Of a DNA stretch of 64,000 nt, positions 43,691-54,600 are shown one piece after another. Position numbers and translations under genes: made by a program. Source of the DNA: Candidatus Kerfeldbacteria bacterium (GTDB lineage Bacteria; Patescibacteriota; Patescibacteriia; JACPL01); NCBI GenBank assembly GCA_016182525.1, contig JACPGL010000029.1, forward strand, positions 22,997 to 86,996. The letters run 5' to 3'. The notes beneath the pieces are model-generated. The model was not told the origin of the DNA. It saw only the letters and a program-made list of their open reading frames with translations, and did no database searches. Position 1 is the stretch's first letter. Each line of letters starts with the position of its first letter.

Positions 43691-44746
43691 TTAGGATTTT
43701 TGTGAAGAAGGTTGAGGGGTGGAGGTATCAAGCCGTTGAATATGGCTGCGCCCGCGCATCGCTTCGATGGTCCGTTGTAACCCATCCTCAAGCGAGACCA
43801 CAGGGAACCACCCGAGCGCGTCGCGAGCCTTGTCTACATCTGGCACTCCTTGGCGTTGATGGTAGGGCAATGGGTCAGCAAATTGAACGCTGGACGTCGA
43901 TTGAGCAAGGTGAATCACGTGATCGGCAAGCGCTCGGATCGTCAGTGGTTCAGGGTTTCCGATATTCACCGGACCCGCCTCTCGAGATGCCATCACTTTC
44001 ATGAGCCCTTCAATACAGTCCGAAACATAGCAAAATGTGCCAGTTTCCGAGCCTGTTCCATAGATCGTGAGCGGCGTGTTCGAAAGAGCAGATTCAACAA
44101 AATCCGGGATGAGCCGCCCATCCCCCAGTTTCATCTTTGGACCATAGGTATTAAAGACGCGAACGACTTTTGTGTCAAGTTTTTCCGCCATCCGATAGTT
44201 CATGCACAAACTCTCGGCAAATCGCTTTCCTTCGTTATAGCAACTTCGAGGCCCCATCGGATCCACATAGCCCCAATAATCCTCCTTCGTCGGCGCATCA
44301 AGGAGCGGCGAACCATACACGGCCGAAGACGACGTAAAAACGACTTTTGCTGAATACTTTTTCGCAACATCAAGCACGTTTTTGGTTCCCAGTGCGCTCG
44401 TCAAAATGGTCGGAAGCGGAAATTTTTCATAATAGGCAGGAGAGGTTGGGCACGCGAGATGATAGATTTCTTGAATGCCCTGAAAACGCACTTTGAATTT
44501 TTCTAAAATCGGATACTTTTGAATATCAGCCAAATCAAACGGCTCGGTAATATCATGTCGAATAAACTCGAAATTATAGTGCCGGAGAAACTCATCAATG
44601 TTATCCTCTATGCCCGAAACAAAGTTATCAATGCAAATCACATTCCGATTTTCAAGAAGCCGTTCGGTGAGGTGAGACCCAATAAACCCAGCGCCTCCGG
44701 TAATGATGACGTTCGGGCGTTCAAAAACTGGATTCTTTTTTCCCAT
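43691..44746 (-). CDS. Second UDP-glucuronate decarboxylase-like SDR
   Basis: IYHLACPTSP, GPRSCYNEGKRFAE and RVFNTYGP motifs. Has SSSAVYG where the canonical enzyme has STSEVYG. Confidence 0.8.
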   Translation of the reverse strand: MGKKNPVFERPNVIITGGAGFIGSHLTERLLENRNVICIDNFVSGIEDNIDEFLRHYNFEFIRHDITEPFDLADIQKYPILEKFKVRFQGIQEIYHLACPTSPAYYEKFPLPTILTSALGTKNVLDVAKKYSAKVVFTSSSAVYGSPLLDAPTKEDYWGYVDPMGPRSCYNEGKRFAESLCMNYRMAEKLDTKVVRVFNTYGPKMKLGDGRLIPDFVESALSNTPLTIYGTGSETGTFCYVSDCIEGLMKVMASREAGPVNIGNPEPLTIRALADHVIHLAQSTSSVQFADPLPYHQRQGVPDVDKARDALGWFPVVSLEDGLQRTIEAMRGRSHIQRLDTSTPQPSSQKS

Positions 44747-45467
44747 GGTGTTCTGAATAGATTCCGCGAGCATCATTCAGACGAACGCGGAGAAGGTCGC
44801 GAAATGTTTTGAGATACCCTGACGGACGAACTTTGGAACGTGTATCGTTCTTCCACTGAACCGGGACTTCTCGAATCCTCAGTCCATGTTTTTTTGCGAC
44901 AAAGAGGAGTTCGAAATCACTTCCCCATCCATCAATAGTCAGTTTTGTGAGGATTGGTCGAATTGCACTTGAATAGAGCTTAAACCCGCACTGCGTATCT
45001 TTGATTCCAGGGAGAAGAAGGAGTTGAATAAGACGGTTGCCGAACCGACCAAGCATCACCTTCCATTGCGATTGCGATTCAAGAATGCGCGACTCTGCGA
45101 GAGCGCGAGACCCAATGATCGCATCGGCCTCACGTTGGTGTTTCAGGAGTTTCAGAACCTCTGAAATGCGCGTAGAGGAATCGGCATCCATCACCAGAAT
45201 CCATTCGCCTTTCGCTTCTGCAATTCCAGTTCGGACAGCCCAGCCTTTGCCGTGGTTCTTTCCATCTCCCAGGATCTGAATACGAGGATCATGTAGTGCA
45301 TCGACAACCGCCCGTGTTCTGTCGGTGCTTCCATCATCGACGACAAGGATCTCGCTCTCTTGCCCTGCATATCCTTTCTGCATCAAAAACTGAAGGATAT
45401 CCCTAAGCGTTGAGCCAATTCGATGTTCTTCATTCCACGCAGGAACGACAATTGAAATTTTCAACAT
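44721..45467 (-). CDS. GT2 polyprenyl/dolichyl-phosphate beta-glucosyltransferase-like
   Basis: VVPAWNEE, VDDGSTD, NHGKGWAVRTG, MDADSST, DTQCGFKL and GWGSDFELL motifs. Confidence 0.9.
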   Translation of the reverse strand: MLKISIVVPAWNEEHRIGSTLRDILQFLMQKGYAGQESEILVVDDGSTDRTRAVVDALHDPRIQILGDGKNHGKGWAVRTGIAEAKGEWILVMDADSSTRISEVLKLLKHQREADAIIGSRALAESRILESQSQWKVMLGRFGNRLIQLLLLPGIKDTQCGFKLYSSAIRPILTKLTIDGWGSDFELLFVAKKHGLRIREVPVQWKNDTRSKVRPSGYLKTFRDLLRVRLNDARGIYSEHHGKKESSF

Positions 45468-45476
45468 ACCGCTCAT

Positions 45477-45505
45477 ACTATACCAAAATATCACTCATTT
45501 TGCAA
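45477..45505 (-). promoter_or_regulatory. sigma70-type promoter (near-leaderless)
   Basis: TTGCAA-N17-TATAGT with TG, 9 nt before ATG 45467. Confidence 0.6.
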
Positions 45506-45955
45506 GGTCTTTGGGACATGTCGGAATGTCCAATGGCGAGTCATGAGAAAATTCCATCCGAGATTTGCACAAAGCGCTATGAGCTTTCCAAAAAGGTCAT
45601 GAAATCCAAAGATGAGCACGGAAACAGAAAGAGCGGTCTGGTTAATCCCAAATCCAACAGAATAAACCAAAAAAAACTTTACAAATTTCTTCGAAACCTC
45701 AGTGGAAGTATCACGAAATGTCCAACGGCGATTCAACACGAACGCAACGGAAACAGCAAGTAAGAAAGCGAAAAGATTTGCGACGAGGAAGTGTTCACGA
45801 AAGAAGTCAAACGCTCGAGTTAAAAAAAGATAGGAAAAAAAATCAATGGCTGTATTGACCACACCGATAATCGTGAACTTCACGAACTGCCGCGCAATAA
45901 GATGCGATCGTAAAATAGGAAGTGAGACAACTCGCTTTCGTATCCGATGGATCAT
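45491..45955 (-). CDS. GtrA family lipid-linked sugar flippase
   Basis: QFVKFTIIGVVNTAIDF, FVLNRRWTF and WNFLMTRHWTF motifs; 4 TMs. Confidence 0.9.
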   Translation of the reverse strand: MIHRIRKRVVSLPILRSHLIARQFVKFTIIGVVNTAIDFFSYLFLTRAFDFFREHFLVANLFAFLLAVSVAFVLNRRWTFRDTSTEVSKKFVKFFLVYSVGFGINQTALSVSVLIFGFHDLFGKLIALCANLGWNFLMTRHWTFRHVPKTLQNE

Positions 45956-47160
45956 AAGGGCTCTCGCATATCAAGAGTCACGGTTCCTTCTTTCGAAAGT
46001 CCATCGCGGACGTACGAAATCTGGAGAGTATCCCCTGCCCGATGCTTTTGGATCTCATCCTGCAGTCTGACTCGCCCGCTCAAAGAAACGCCATCCACGG
46101 CAAGAAGAATATCCCCTTCTTGCAATCCGGCTCGATCGGCAGGTCCGCCCGTGATCACAGCGGGATGTTCTGCAGTGCGAACCAAAAGAGCGCCAGATGT
46201 GCGCCCGTCACGCAGGGTATCGGGGATATTCAACGCTTGTGCAAGATCAATGTACTGCACGCCTAATCGGGGACGCTCAATCGATTTTCCTTGGATGACG
46301 TTATCGAAGATCGGCAATACGTGGGACACAGGAATACCGCGCGCGAGAGCACTTTCTCCGGATGTTGAAAGCCCGAGAATCTTTCCGTCTGCCGTCGAGA
46401 TCGGCGCACCATTAAGTGAGGAGGTGAAGGGAGTCGAGATCATGAATTCCCCGCGAAGGTCTTCGGCGGTTAAAAGCGCATCTTGAAACGAGCTGGGAAT
46501 GGTGACGTACTGGCCTTGAAGCGCTGTTGGGAGTATTGCTCCATTTTTTGCCAAACCGCTATGACTCACCAAAAAGACTGTTGATCCAAGCGTTTCATCT
46601 TCAGGATTTCCAAATTGGGCAACAGAGAGATCAGAAGCATCAATGGAGAAAAAGATGAACCGACTCGCAGGATCGCGGGACACATCTTTCACGTCGAATT
46701 GCCGATGGTCGTGCGTCACGGCAACCAAAGGTGCGACAGGATCCTGGATGACACCACTGTGAGTCAACGCCAACCCATCTGATGTCACAATAACGGCATA
46801 CCCCAGAAAATTCTCCGCCGTGAACACATCCTGAATCTGGCCGGTGTTTTTTCGTGTAAAAAGTGCAAGTGTTTGAGGAAGCACGCGCTCTCGCAAATCA
46901 CGAAGCTCGGACTGCTCCTCTGCAACTGTCTTCGTCTCTTGGATAATGCGAACTTCAGTTTCCTGAGGAAGACGAAAAAATTTCAAGAAAGGCGAAGAAG
47001 AATAGTACGTCAGAGCAACGCGAAGCAGGGCAAGCGCAAGAACTCCTCCAATCATGCCCGAAAGGATACTGACAACAAGAATGCGGCGCCAGCGAGACGG
47101 TGAGCTTTTGTCCTCATCAACGCGAACTTTTGGTGATGTTGGAGAAGGTTGAACTTTCAT
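45952..47160 (-). CDS. HtrA/DegP-like trypsin-fold + PDZ protein with a degenerate catalytic triad
   Basis: TM anchor, GYAVIVTSDGLALT, GAPISTADGKILG, RPRLGVQY and GPADRAGLQEGDIL motifs. Confidence 0.8.
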   Translation of the reverse strand: MKVQPSPTSPKVRVDEDKSSPSRWRRILVVSILSGMIGGVLALALLRVALTYYSSSPFLKFFRLPQETEVRIIQETKTVAEEQSELRDLRERVLPQTLALFTRKNTGQIQDVFTAENFLGYAVIVTSDGLALTHSGVIQDPVAPLVAVTHDHRQFDVKDVSRDPASRFIFFSIDASDLSVAQFGNPEDETLGSTVFLVSHSGLAKNGAILPTALQGQYVTIPSSFQDALLTAEDLRGEFMISTPFTSSLNGAPISTADGKILGLSTSGESALARGIPVSHVLPIFDNVIQGKSIERPRLGVQYIDLAQALNIPDTLRDGRTSGALLVRTAEHPAVITGGPADRAGLQEGDILLAVDGVSLSGRVRLQDEIQKHRAGDTLQISYVRDGLSKEGTVTLDMREPL

Positions 47161-47164
47161 ATTT

Positions 47165-47926
47165 TTACGCCCACGGTGCACTAAGGAGTGCGATCGCAAT
47201 CGTTGCGCACCCGATAATCAGATACCGTTTGAGCACTGATCGATCGAGCGCGTGCACATAATAATAGCGCGATACATTGACGATCATGTAATACAGGGAG
47301 GTGAGCACAAGTCCCGCAACAGACATGCCAAGCGGTGAAAGCGCTAACACCCAAAAGCTTTCGACAAGAACAATACTGATGATGAGGATGGACACTTTTG
47401 ACTGACCAAAGGGAATCATGCTCACGGCCATTGCGGAAAGCGTTGAAAGCGTGACCCCAAGGAGCCACACGAGAAGCAGCGCCCACACCGGTTGATTTAA
47501 AAAGCGAAGCAAGCCGAATAGCGCGCTCCCCATAAAAAACATCGCGAGAATGTTGAGCGAACTGGTGGTGTTGGCAAGTGATCGCGGCTGAAAGCGTTCC
47601 TGATCGTAATGAAACGAATAATAGCTATCCAGAAAAACGCCGAGAAGGCCGGCCGTGACAAGGAGACTTGCAAAAAAGATCACGGGCTGCTCAACAAAAA
47701 GCAAAAATCCAAATAACCCGAATATAACGAGCGGCGGCGTAAGATAAAATTCAATAATGGAGGCGATCGAAAAACCTTGATGAATAGCGATGAGCACAAG
47801 GAGGATCCCAAATCCTGAGGCAAGAAGAATCACATGCCAAAATGCAGGGAAAAAATACAACAGAACCCCTGATCCTGTCAAAAGAACCGGACTCACATAC
47901 ACAAGAAGACGAAGAAAGAGAATCAT
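47165..47926 (-). CDS. Integral membrane protein of unknown function
   Basis: About 8-9 TMs, in the operon. Start at ATG 47926 is inferred. Confidence 0.7.
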   Translation of the reverse strand: MILFLRLLVYVSPVLLTGSGVLLYFFPAFWHVILLASGFGILLVLIAIHQGFSIASIIEFYLTPPLVIFGLFGFLLFVEQPVIFFASLLVTAGLLGVFLDSYYSFHYDQERFQPRSLANTTSSLNILAMFFMGSALFGLLRFLNQPVWALLLVWLLGVTLSTLSAMAVSMIPFGQSKVSILIISIVLVESFWVLALSPLGMSVAGLVLTSLYYMIVNVSRYYYVHALDRSVLKRYLIIGCATIAIALLSAPWA

Positions 47927-47930
47927 GCGC

Positions 47931-48566
47931 TCATTTGATAATGAATTGAATTTCGCCGTCGCGGAGTTCAACATCTTTGACCGTACTCGCAAGCAGAATT
48001 TCGGTTCCAAATGTTTGGGCAAGTACGGATGTTGCAATGCTTTTCTGAAGAAACCGAGGGATAGAGACGGCGCCGAGTTTCATTGAAGTCACATCGAACT
48101 GAATTCCATCAGCCGCATTGATCGTCGCTTCGAATAAGAGGACGAACCGGTCATCTGGCCCAAACACTCGAAGGTATTCCATCCCTTCCGGTACAAGGAC
48201 GACTTGACTGACGGTATCGTCTTCGGATTGAAGACGGCGAGTGAGTTCAGCTTCGGTAAACTTCAGATCGACACCGTTGAATCCAATCGTGAACCTTTCG
48301 GCGATCGTCGATGAATCATTCTCACTCGCGACCACTCGGCGCGTGGGAACAGGCGCTTTGTAGACAAGATCCGAAAGAATCGGAATGGTGAACAGACCCG
48401 AAGCCGCAACAAACCACAAAGCGACACTGAGTATACCGAAAAAGACAAGAAATATCAAGGCGCGGAACGCCTGATGCATCCATCGAAAGGGATGAAATCC
48501 AATCCGCGATTTGGGCGGTGAAACAGACATGACCAATGGTTGCTCTTGTGTTTTTGAAACTCGCAT
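47931..48566 (-). CDS. Membrane-anchored hypothetical protein
   Basis: One TM (ASGLFTIPILS.LVY..PVPTR.V) followed by an LmeA/YpmS-like beta region. In the operon. Confidence 0.6.
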   Translation of the reverse strand: MRVSKTQEQPLVMSVSPPKSRIGFHPFRWMHQAFRALIFLVFFGILSVALWFVAASGLFTIPILSDLVYKAPVPTRRVVASENDSSTIAERFTIGFNGVDLKFTEAELTRRLQSEDDTVSQVVLVPEGMEYLRVFGPDDRFVLLFEATINAADGIQFDVTSMKLGAVSIPRFLQKSIATSVLAQTFGTEILLASTVKDVELRDGEIQFIIK

Positions 48567-48567
48567 A

Positions 48568-49590
48568 TTAATAGGTCAGCCCATCTTTTTCGGAAACACG
48601 CTTCGCGCTATCCGAGCGGAGATCATAGACCATAACGGTCGTAGTACTTCCCTGAACCTCTTTATAGAGGACGGATTCATCAATGATCCGGACATCAAAG
48701 CCATTTTCCGAGATGGTTTGTGACGTTTTTGAAGCGAGCGAATAGACAAGCAGTTTTTGCCCACTCTGTTGATCGTCGAGCGCATACACGAGCGACGTAG
48801 AGTCAGCGGACAATTCGCCAGTAACGCCGGTCGTTTTTGGTAGAGAGATATTCCCCACGCGCGCCAGCGTCCCAGTTGAATCAAGCGTCGCAAGATCAAG
48901 CACGCCATCAAACTCGGCGAAAACAAGAAATGCGCTCCCTCCGGTTTCTCCGACAAAGCTCCACACAGCGCTTGAAAGCGCTGTCGGCTCTCCAAATGTG
49001 CCGTCAAGATTCCGCAAGCGAATAGCCAGCTCACTCTGCCCCTTTTCGTTTTTCGAAAGAGTGGCGATCCCGCGCCCATCACGAAGCCATCGCGCTTCCT
49101 GAATGTCGCTCGCAATTCTCTGCCGTTCTTTTGAGGCAATGCGGATGACTGATCCGCTGAGTATTCCCTCTGAACCTCGCTCGAGCAAAAAAAGCGCTTT
49201 GTCGTCCGGAGAAAGCGCAAAATCAACCACTTCGAGTTTCCCCTCACTGACCCTCGACTCTGCGCCATTACTCTCCGCAATCCACACACTCCAGAACGGA
49301 TCGTCAAACGTTGAAAAAGCGATGAACTTCCCTGACGGCGAACGAACCACACGCTGTTCATCTCGATCGGGCGTTTCGCGCTGAACTTCAGTCCCTACAT
49401 CCGGCAAGACAAGATAGAGATCTGATTTCTTGTTCTCGGTGCGAATCAGCGGGATCATCTTATCAAAAGGAGGATACGTTGATGACTGCTGTGTGATCCG
49501 GGCTTCTGGAAGTTGAGACGGGAGAAAAAATACAAAAATACCGACGAGGAATGCGCACATAAAGAGAATTCCGAACAACCAACGAGTCAT
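48568..49590 (-). CDS. Membrane-anchored TolB-like beta-propeller protein
   Basis: N-terminal TM and SPSGKFIAF, LSPDDKAL, WLRDGRGI and LSADSTSLVY repeats. Confidence 0.65.
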   Translation of the reverse strand: MTRWLFGILFMCAFLVGIFVFFLPSQLPEARITQQSSTYPPFDKMIPLIRTENKKSDLYLVLPDVGTEVQRETPDRDEQRVVRSPSGKFIAFSTFDDPFWSVWIAESNGAESRVSEGKLEVVDFALSPDDKALFLLERGSEGILSGSVIRIASKERQRIASDIQEARWLRDGRGIATLSKNEKGQSELAIRLRNLDGTFGEPTALSSAVWSFVGETGGSAFLVFAEFDGVLDLATLDSTGTLARVGNISLPKTTGVTGELSADSTSLVYALDDQQSGQKLLVYSLASKTSQTISENGFDVRIIDESVLYKEVQGSTTTVMVYDLRSDSAKRVSEKDGLTY

Positions 49591-49611
49591 AAGGGTTTTC
49601 CCTTCCAACGT

Positions 49612-50796
49612 CTATTCATATCGAAGCGCCCATAGGGGATTCAACCGCGAGGCGCGCCACGACGGATACAAACCGGTGATAAACCCAAGTAAAACCGATA
49701 AGATAAGCATCGCAACGGCAAGATCGAGATTCACAATAAAGAGTTGAACCGTTTCACCTCCATATCGCTCGGCGAGGATATTAATACCACTATTTGCAAG
49801 AAATCCTACCAACCATCCTGCGCCAATTCCGATCACCCCGCCAATCAAACCCACCACAAGCGCTTCTGATAAAAAAATAGCCATCACGTCGCGATTCGTC
49901 GCACCGACCGATTTCATAATCCCAATGTCGCGCGTGCGTTCAAGCAGAGAAATCGTGAGGGTATTGAACATGCCGATTGACGCAACGACGAGCGCAATCA
50001 CACCAAAGATCGCCAGGATCACTTTCACAACATTAAAAACCACCGTCACTTCGGTGAGCGTGTCGGCCGGCGACTCCACAAAATATCCCATATCCTGAAT
50101 CGTTGTGCGAGTTGATGCAAGCAACTCAGGAGCTTTCGCAAGAGCTTTCACACTACTGTATTCACCGAACTCAACATCGGCAAGAGATGAAAGCGGAGCG
50201 AAAAGATAATTCTCATCTTCCGTTTCAACAACCCCATGGACGGTGTATGTTTTTTCTTTCCGAACAACGTCCGTTGTTCCTTTGACCGGAATAAAAATCG
50301 CGAGCCCAATTTCTTTGCCGAGAATCTCACTTGTGTTCTCGTATCCAAGAAGCTTTGAAAGCGTTGAGGAAACAACAACCCCGCCCGTGGCATCGGTAAA
50401 ATAGTCCCCACTCGCAAGCGTATTCACCTCAAGTTTGGCAAATTTTGATTCAACGCTATGGAGAACACTCTCCGTTGTGGTCTCGCCAAGCGTTGCCTGC
50501 ACTGAAAAACTTGCGCGCGGGCTCACCGATTCGATCGATTCGATGTCCTTGAATTTCTTTACCGTCTCTGCGTCAAGCTTCAAAATGTCGGATTTGCCCT
50601 TTGATACGTTCAAGAGGCGAAGTGCTTCTGATGAGGTAATCTGTTTCACCGTAATTTCTTCAAGCCCGCGCCCCAAAGAAACCAAAAACACAATGGCGCC
50701 GATCCCAATCACGACAGCGCCGACGGTTAAGAATGTTCGCAGTTTATTCGAACGGAACGTATCTTTGGCAATGTAAAATACGTCAATGGGCTTCAT
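49612..50796 (-). CDS. MacB/FtsX-family ABC transporter permease
   Basis: NKLRTFLT..IGIGAIV.LVSLG, IGMFNTLTISLLERTRDIGIMKSVGA and GLYPSWRASRLNP.ALRYE motifs. Confidence 0.93.
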   Translation of the reverse strand: MKPIDVFYIAKDTFRSNKLRTFLTVGAVVIGIGAIVFLVSLGRGLEEITVKQITSSEALRLLNVSKGKSDILKLDAETVKKFKDIESIESVSPRASFSVQATLGETTTESVLHSVESKFAKLEVNTLASGDYFTDATGGVVVSSTLSKLLGYENTSEILGKEIGLAIFIPVKGTTDVVRKEKTYTVHGVVETEDENYLFAPLSSLADVEFGEYSSVKALAKAPELLASTRTTIQDMGYFVESPADTLTEVTVVFNVVKVILAIFGVIALVVASIGMFNTLTISLLERTRDIGIMKSVGATNRDVMAIFLSEALVVGLIGGVIGIGAGWLVGFLANSGINILAERYGGETVQLFIVNLDLAVAMLILSVLLGFITGLYPSWRASRLNPLWALRYE

Positions 50797-51671
50797 TTCT
50801 TCGTGCGTTTTCTCATCAAAATTTCACGCGCAAGATCAACTTCTTGATGAAATTCTTTCGGATTGATGTGAAGGGCTCGCGCCTGTGCATCGAGTTCAGA
50901 TCGGCGAGACTCCCGAGCCAGTTTTCGTGCTTCGCGGGTCAGACGAACATCTTGAATTTCTTTTTCTGATCGCTGCTGCTCTATCGATTTAATGATTTCT
51001 CCATCGCGCATATACAATACGCGATCGCCGTAATGCAAGTAATCAGGATTATGCGTGACGAGCAAAATCGTACGCTTGGATTTGCGATTGAGATCATGAA
51101 AAATCGCCATAATTTCTTCGGCCGTTGCCGAATCCACGTTCCCGGTTGGCTCATCGGCCAGAAGAATCCACGGGTTGTTCACGAGAGCGCGCGCAATCGC
51201 CACCCGCTGCTGCTGCCCTCCAGACAGTTCGGCTGGCCGATGGGAATAATATTCGCCAAGTCCCACCTCGCGAAGCAGCTCTTTGGCTCGGTGTTGGCGC
51301 GTTGACCGCCGTACGCCTCGGAAGAGCTCGGGCAGCGCAACATTATTCACGATATTCATGGTTTTGAGCAAGTTGAACTGCTGAAACACAATCCCGATTT
51401 TCTCGCGCCGGTGCCGCGCAAGCTGACTCATCGAAAGATGCGTTAAATCCTCTCCGCGGATCCGCACAACGCCTTTTGTGGGCGGTTCTAATCCTGCGAT
51501 GACGTTCAAAAGCGTGGACTTGCCGCATCCTGACGGACCGAACAAAATCACATACTCCCCAGGATGCACCGAAAAATCGATATTTTTCAGCGCGTGCAAC
51601 ACATTCTTCCCTAAAAAAAATTCTTTGGTGACGTTTTTCAGTTCAATCACTGGAGTGGAGTTCCGTGTCAT
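50793..51671 (-). CDS. MacB/LolD-type ABC transporter ATP-binding protein
   Basis: [32 protein letters not shown] and VTHN motifs. ATGA overlaps with both neighbours. Confidence 0.95.
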   Translation of the reverse strand: MTRNSTPVIELKNVTKEFFLGKNVLHALKNIDFSVHPGEYVILFGPSGCGKSTLLNVIAGLEPPTKGVVRIRGEDLTHLSMSQLARHRREKIGIVFQQFNLLKTMNIVNNVALPELFRGVRRSTRQHRAKELLREVGLGEYYSHRPAELSGGQQQRVAIARALVNNPWILLADEPTGNVDSATAEEIMAIFHDLNRKSKRTILLVTHNPDYLHYGDRVLYMRDGEIIKSIEQQRSEKEIQDVRLTREARKLARESRRSELDAQARALHINPKEFHQEVDLAREILMRKRTKK

Positions 51672-54600
51672 TCTTTTCGAAAGAAAATATGCTTGATCTC
51701 TCCAACCCACGAGAATGTTCGCTCGAGTGAAGAGACGACTTCTTCAAGCACCGATTCCGCCGCTTGGGGGGTGAGCAATGTGAAATCGCTGGACTGTGCA
51801 ATGTTCCCCGATTCATCAATGGAGAGAGCGCGGAAATGATACGTGGTACTCGGCAAGAGACCCGGCAAGATCACGGTGTGCGAACGATTCAGCGTATCAT
51901 CTTTTGGCGAGCGTAATTGATACTGGCCTCCGGTGACAACGCCCGGAGAGTACTCAACCTGCGCTGTGGAGAATTCATCGGCAACCCAAAAGACGATCGC
52001 TTGCACTTTGCCGCCTGCGCCCAAAGAAGAGACTTCCGTCTTCATGCCAGTCAGGACCGGCGGTGCGGTATCGGCATTTGTCGTCAAGGTATTTGAACCG
52101 GAGGCGGCGCGATTCCCAAACTCATCGGTGCCCGTGATGCGGAACGAATAGGTCGTTTTTGGTCTCAGACTTGTAAGCACAATCTCATGCGCCGTTACAC
52201 GATCAGGTTTGCCCTGCGACTGATCGAATAATCCCGCCTCGCCAAATTCAACAATCGAATCGGTTGCGACATTCGTTGACCAGGTGATTTTCGCGGTGTC
52301 GTAGCCCACGCTATCGAGCGTCACTCCTGAAACTGTCGGAAGGGTTCGTGTCGAAAAGACATAATCATCGGATGCAATCACGCTACCATTCTCTTCTGCT
52401 CCGATCACTTGTACATGATATGTCACCCCATTGTTAAGCTCATCAAGAAGCACCGTGTGTTGTGTCGTAAAATCCGTGCTCTCATCATTGATGACTGTTC
52501 CATATTCGGTGTCTTCACCATACTGCAGTCTTGAGTTTGCAATACGGTTTGTTGTCCACGAAACAATCGCCGAATCGAGTGTGATGCTACTCACCTGCAG
52601 CCCAAGCACAGACGGATTCCCGATCGCCGCTCTTGACGTGGTGAAATTCAAGACATCCGAAATCGTTTCGTTGTTATACACATCAACAGATTGGACTTTG
52701 TAATAATATGTTGTTGCGGCCGAGAGATTTGAAAGTGTCACAAAATGCGAAACATTCAAGAGCTGGTCATCCTCGGTTTCTTGATCAAGATTCGCGGGCG
52801 TTGTGCCATAGACCACGCTTGAGGTGGACGCAGCATCGGTGACCCACGAAATGATCACCGTGTTTGAGGAAACGCCGGCCGATTGCGTGCCAATATCCGA
52901 GATCGTTGGTGGGACATCGGATCCAATAGGTGCAGTGGTCAAAAAGGTGCCAGTTTCCCCAAGCGAGAGATTGCCCGCTTCATCAGTTGAGCGGACGCGG
53001 AAATAGTGCACCTTGAGCGGAGTCAGACCAATAATGGTAACGCTATGATTTGTGATGAGTGTTGGATCGCCTTGAATCGTTCCAAACTCTTCGGAATCTC
53101 CGAATTCAACAAACGAATCTGCCGGCTCGTTTGTCACCCATGTGACGGTCGCGGTTGAATCTGTCGGAGTGACAATGGCTCCATCTCCGGTAACACTCGG
53201 TGCAGTCACATCATCATCCGACTCGATCGTTTCAAACGTATACTCATCGCCGATCGATTCATTACCGTTGGCGTCTGTGGAACGAACGCGATACGAATAG
53301 GTTGTTTGGGGCTGCAAATTTTCGATTTCGACTTGATGCGCAAGGACATATTCTAAATCGCAGACAATCGTGCCATAATCAGAGCTTGTTCCAAATTCAA
53401 TGCACGATGTGGATGATTCATCGGTTGTCCATGCAATGGTTACCGAATTTTGTGTTGTCACGGCAACGGGAGCCTCACCAGAAAGATCGGGCCCTTGCGC
53501 ATCTGCTCCGCCTGGTTGGCCAAAAGCAACGGATGAAGGGCTGGAATTGTTGCCTGCGCTGTCCTGCGTGACAATACGATAATAATAGGTTGAGTTTGCC
53601 GCAAGACCCGTATCGAGGAAGCCACTATCCGTAATCGTATTTAAGGTTGCGCGATTTGAGTACGTTGAACTATCGGTTGAGCGCTGAACGACATATCCTC
53701 CAAAGTCGGGGTTGCGAGCAGATGTGACTGGCGTCCATGTTGCCGCTAAACTGTAGCGATCCAGCCCAGCATCAGAGGCATCGGCAACCGAAACCGCAGT
53801 CACAATGTCGTTTGCAGACGTATCAAGCGTAATCGTATCGCTCGCTGTCGTGGCAGTATTGCCGTATGTATCACGGTACTTCACATACGCAGTGCGTATG
53901 CCATCAGATCCTGCGGTCAACCGCCACGCTTTTGCTGTCGTGTAGGTCTCCCACGTTCCGGAATTCGTCACCAAACCATTTGTATCGACGACTGTTCCAA
54001 ATGTCGTGCCGTCGTTACTGAATGTCATCTGTATGGCCGTATCATCACTTGAACTCAAGGTAAGGGTGACCGCGACAGAGTTGGTTGTTGACGCGGAGGA
54101 GTTAATCGTGATCGAAGTCGCTCCTGCAAGCGGCGTTTTCGTATCAACATCAAAGCTGCTGCTTGTCGCCGAAGCGGTGTTGTTGAGGGTATGCCCATCA
54201 TCAAGCGTCACCTTCACTTTGACCACGTCATCAAGGAATGAATTCGTGAAATTGCTTGAGAGCGTCCAATGAATCGTTTTGGTTGCTGCTGTTCCTGTCA
54301 CGGCAACACCTGAACCCACATTACCAGTTTTGGTTGTCGGCGTGTTCCATGTGGTTCCGCCGTCAACCGAATACTGTAGCGTCACGGTGACTGAAGTGTC
54401 ATCTTGATCACTTGCCTCGTAGGTGACTTTTGCCGTTCCATCCGTTTGCGCAACCACGGCAAGATTTGCGATGACCGGAGCGAGATTGCGCTCGTATGTA
54501 ATGTTAAACGTATCGAGCGTTGGAGAGGTGTCATCTGATGACGAGTCAAGATAGGCTTGAATGCGGAGATACCGCGAACTTGTCAAACCAGAGAGACTTG

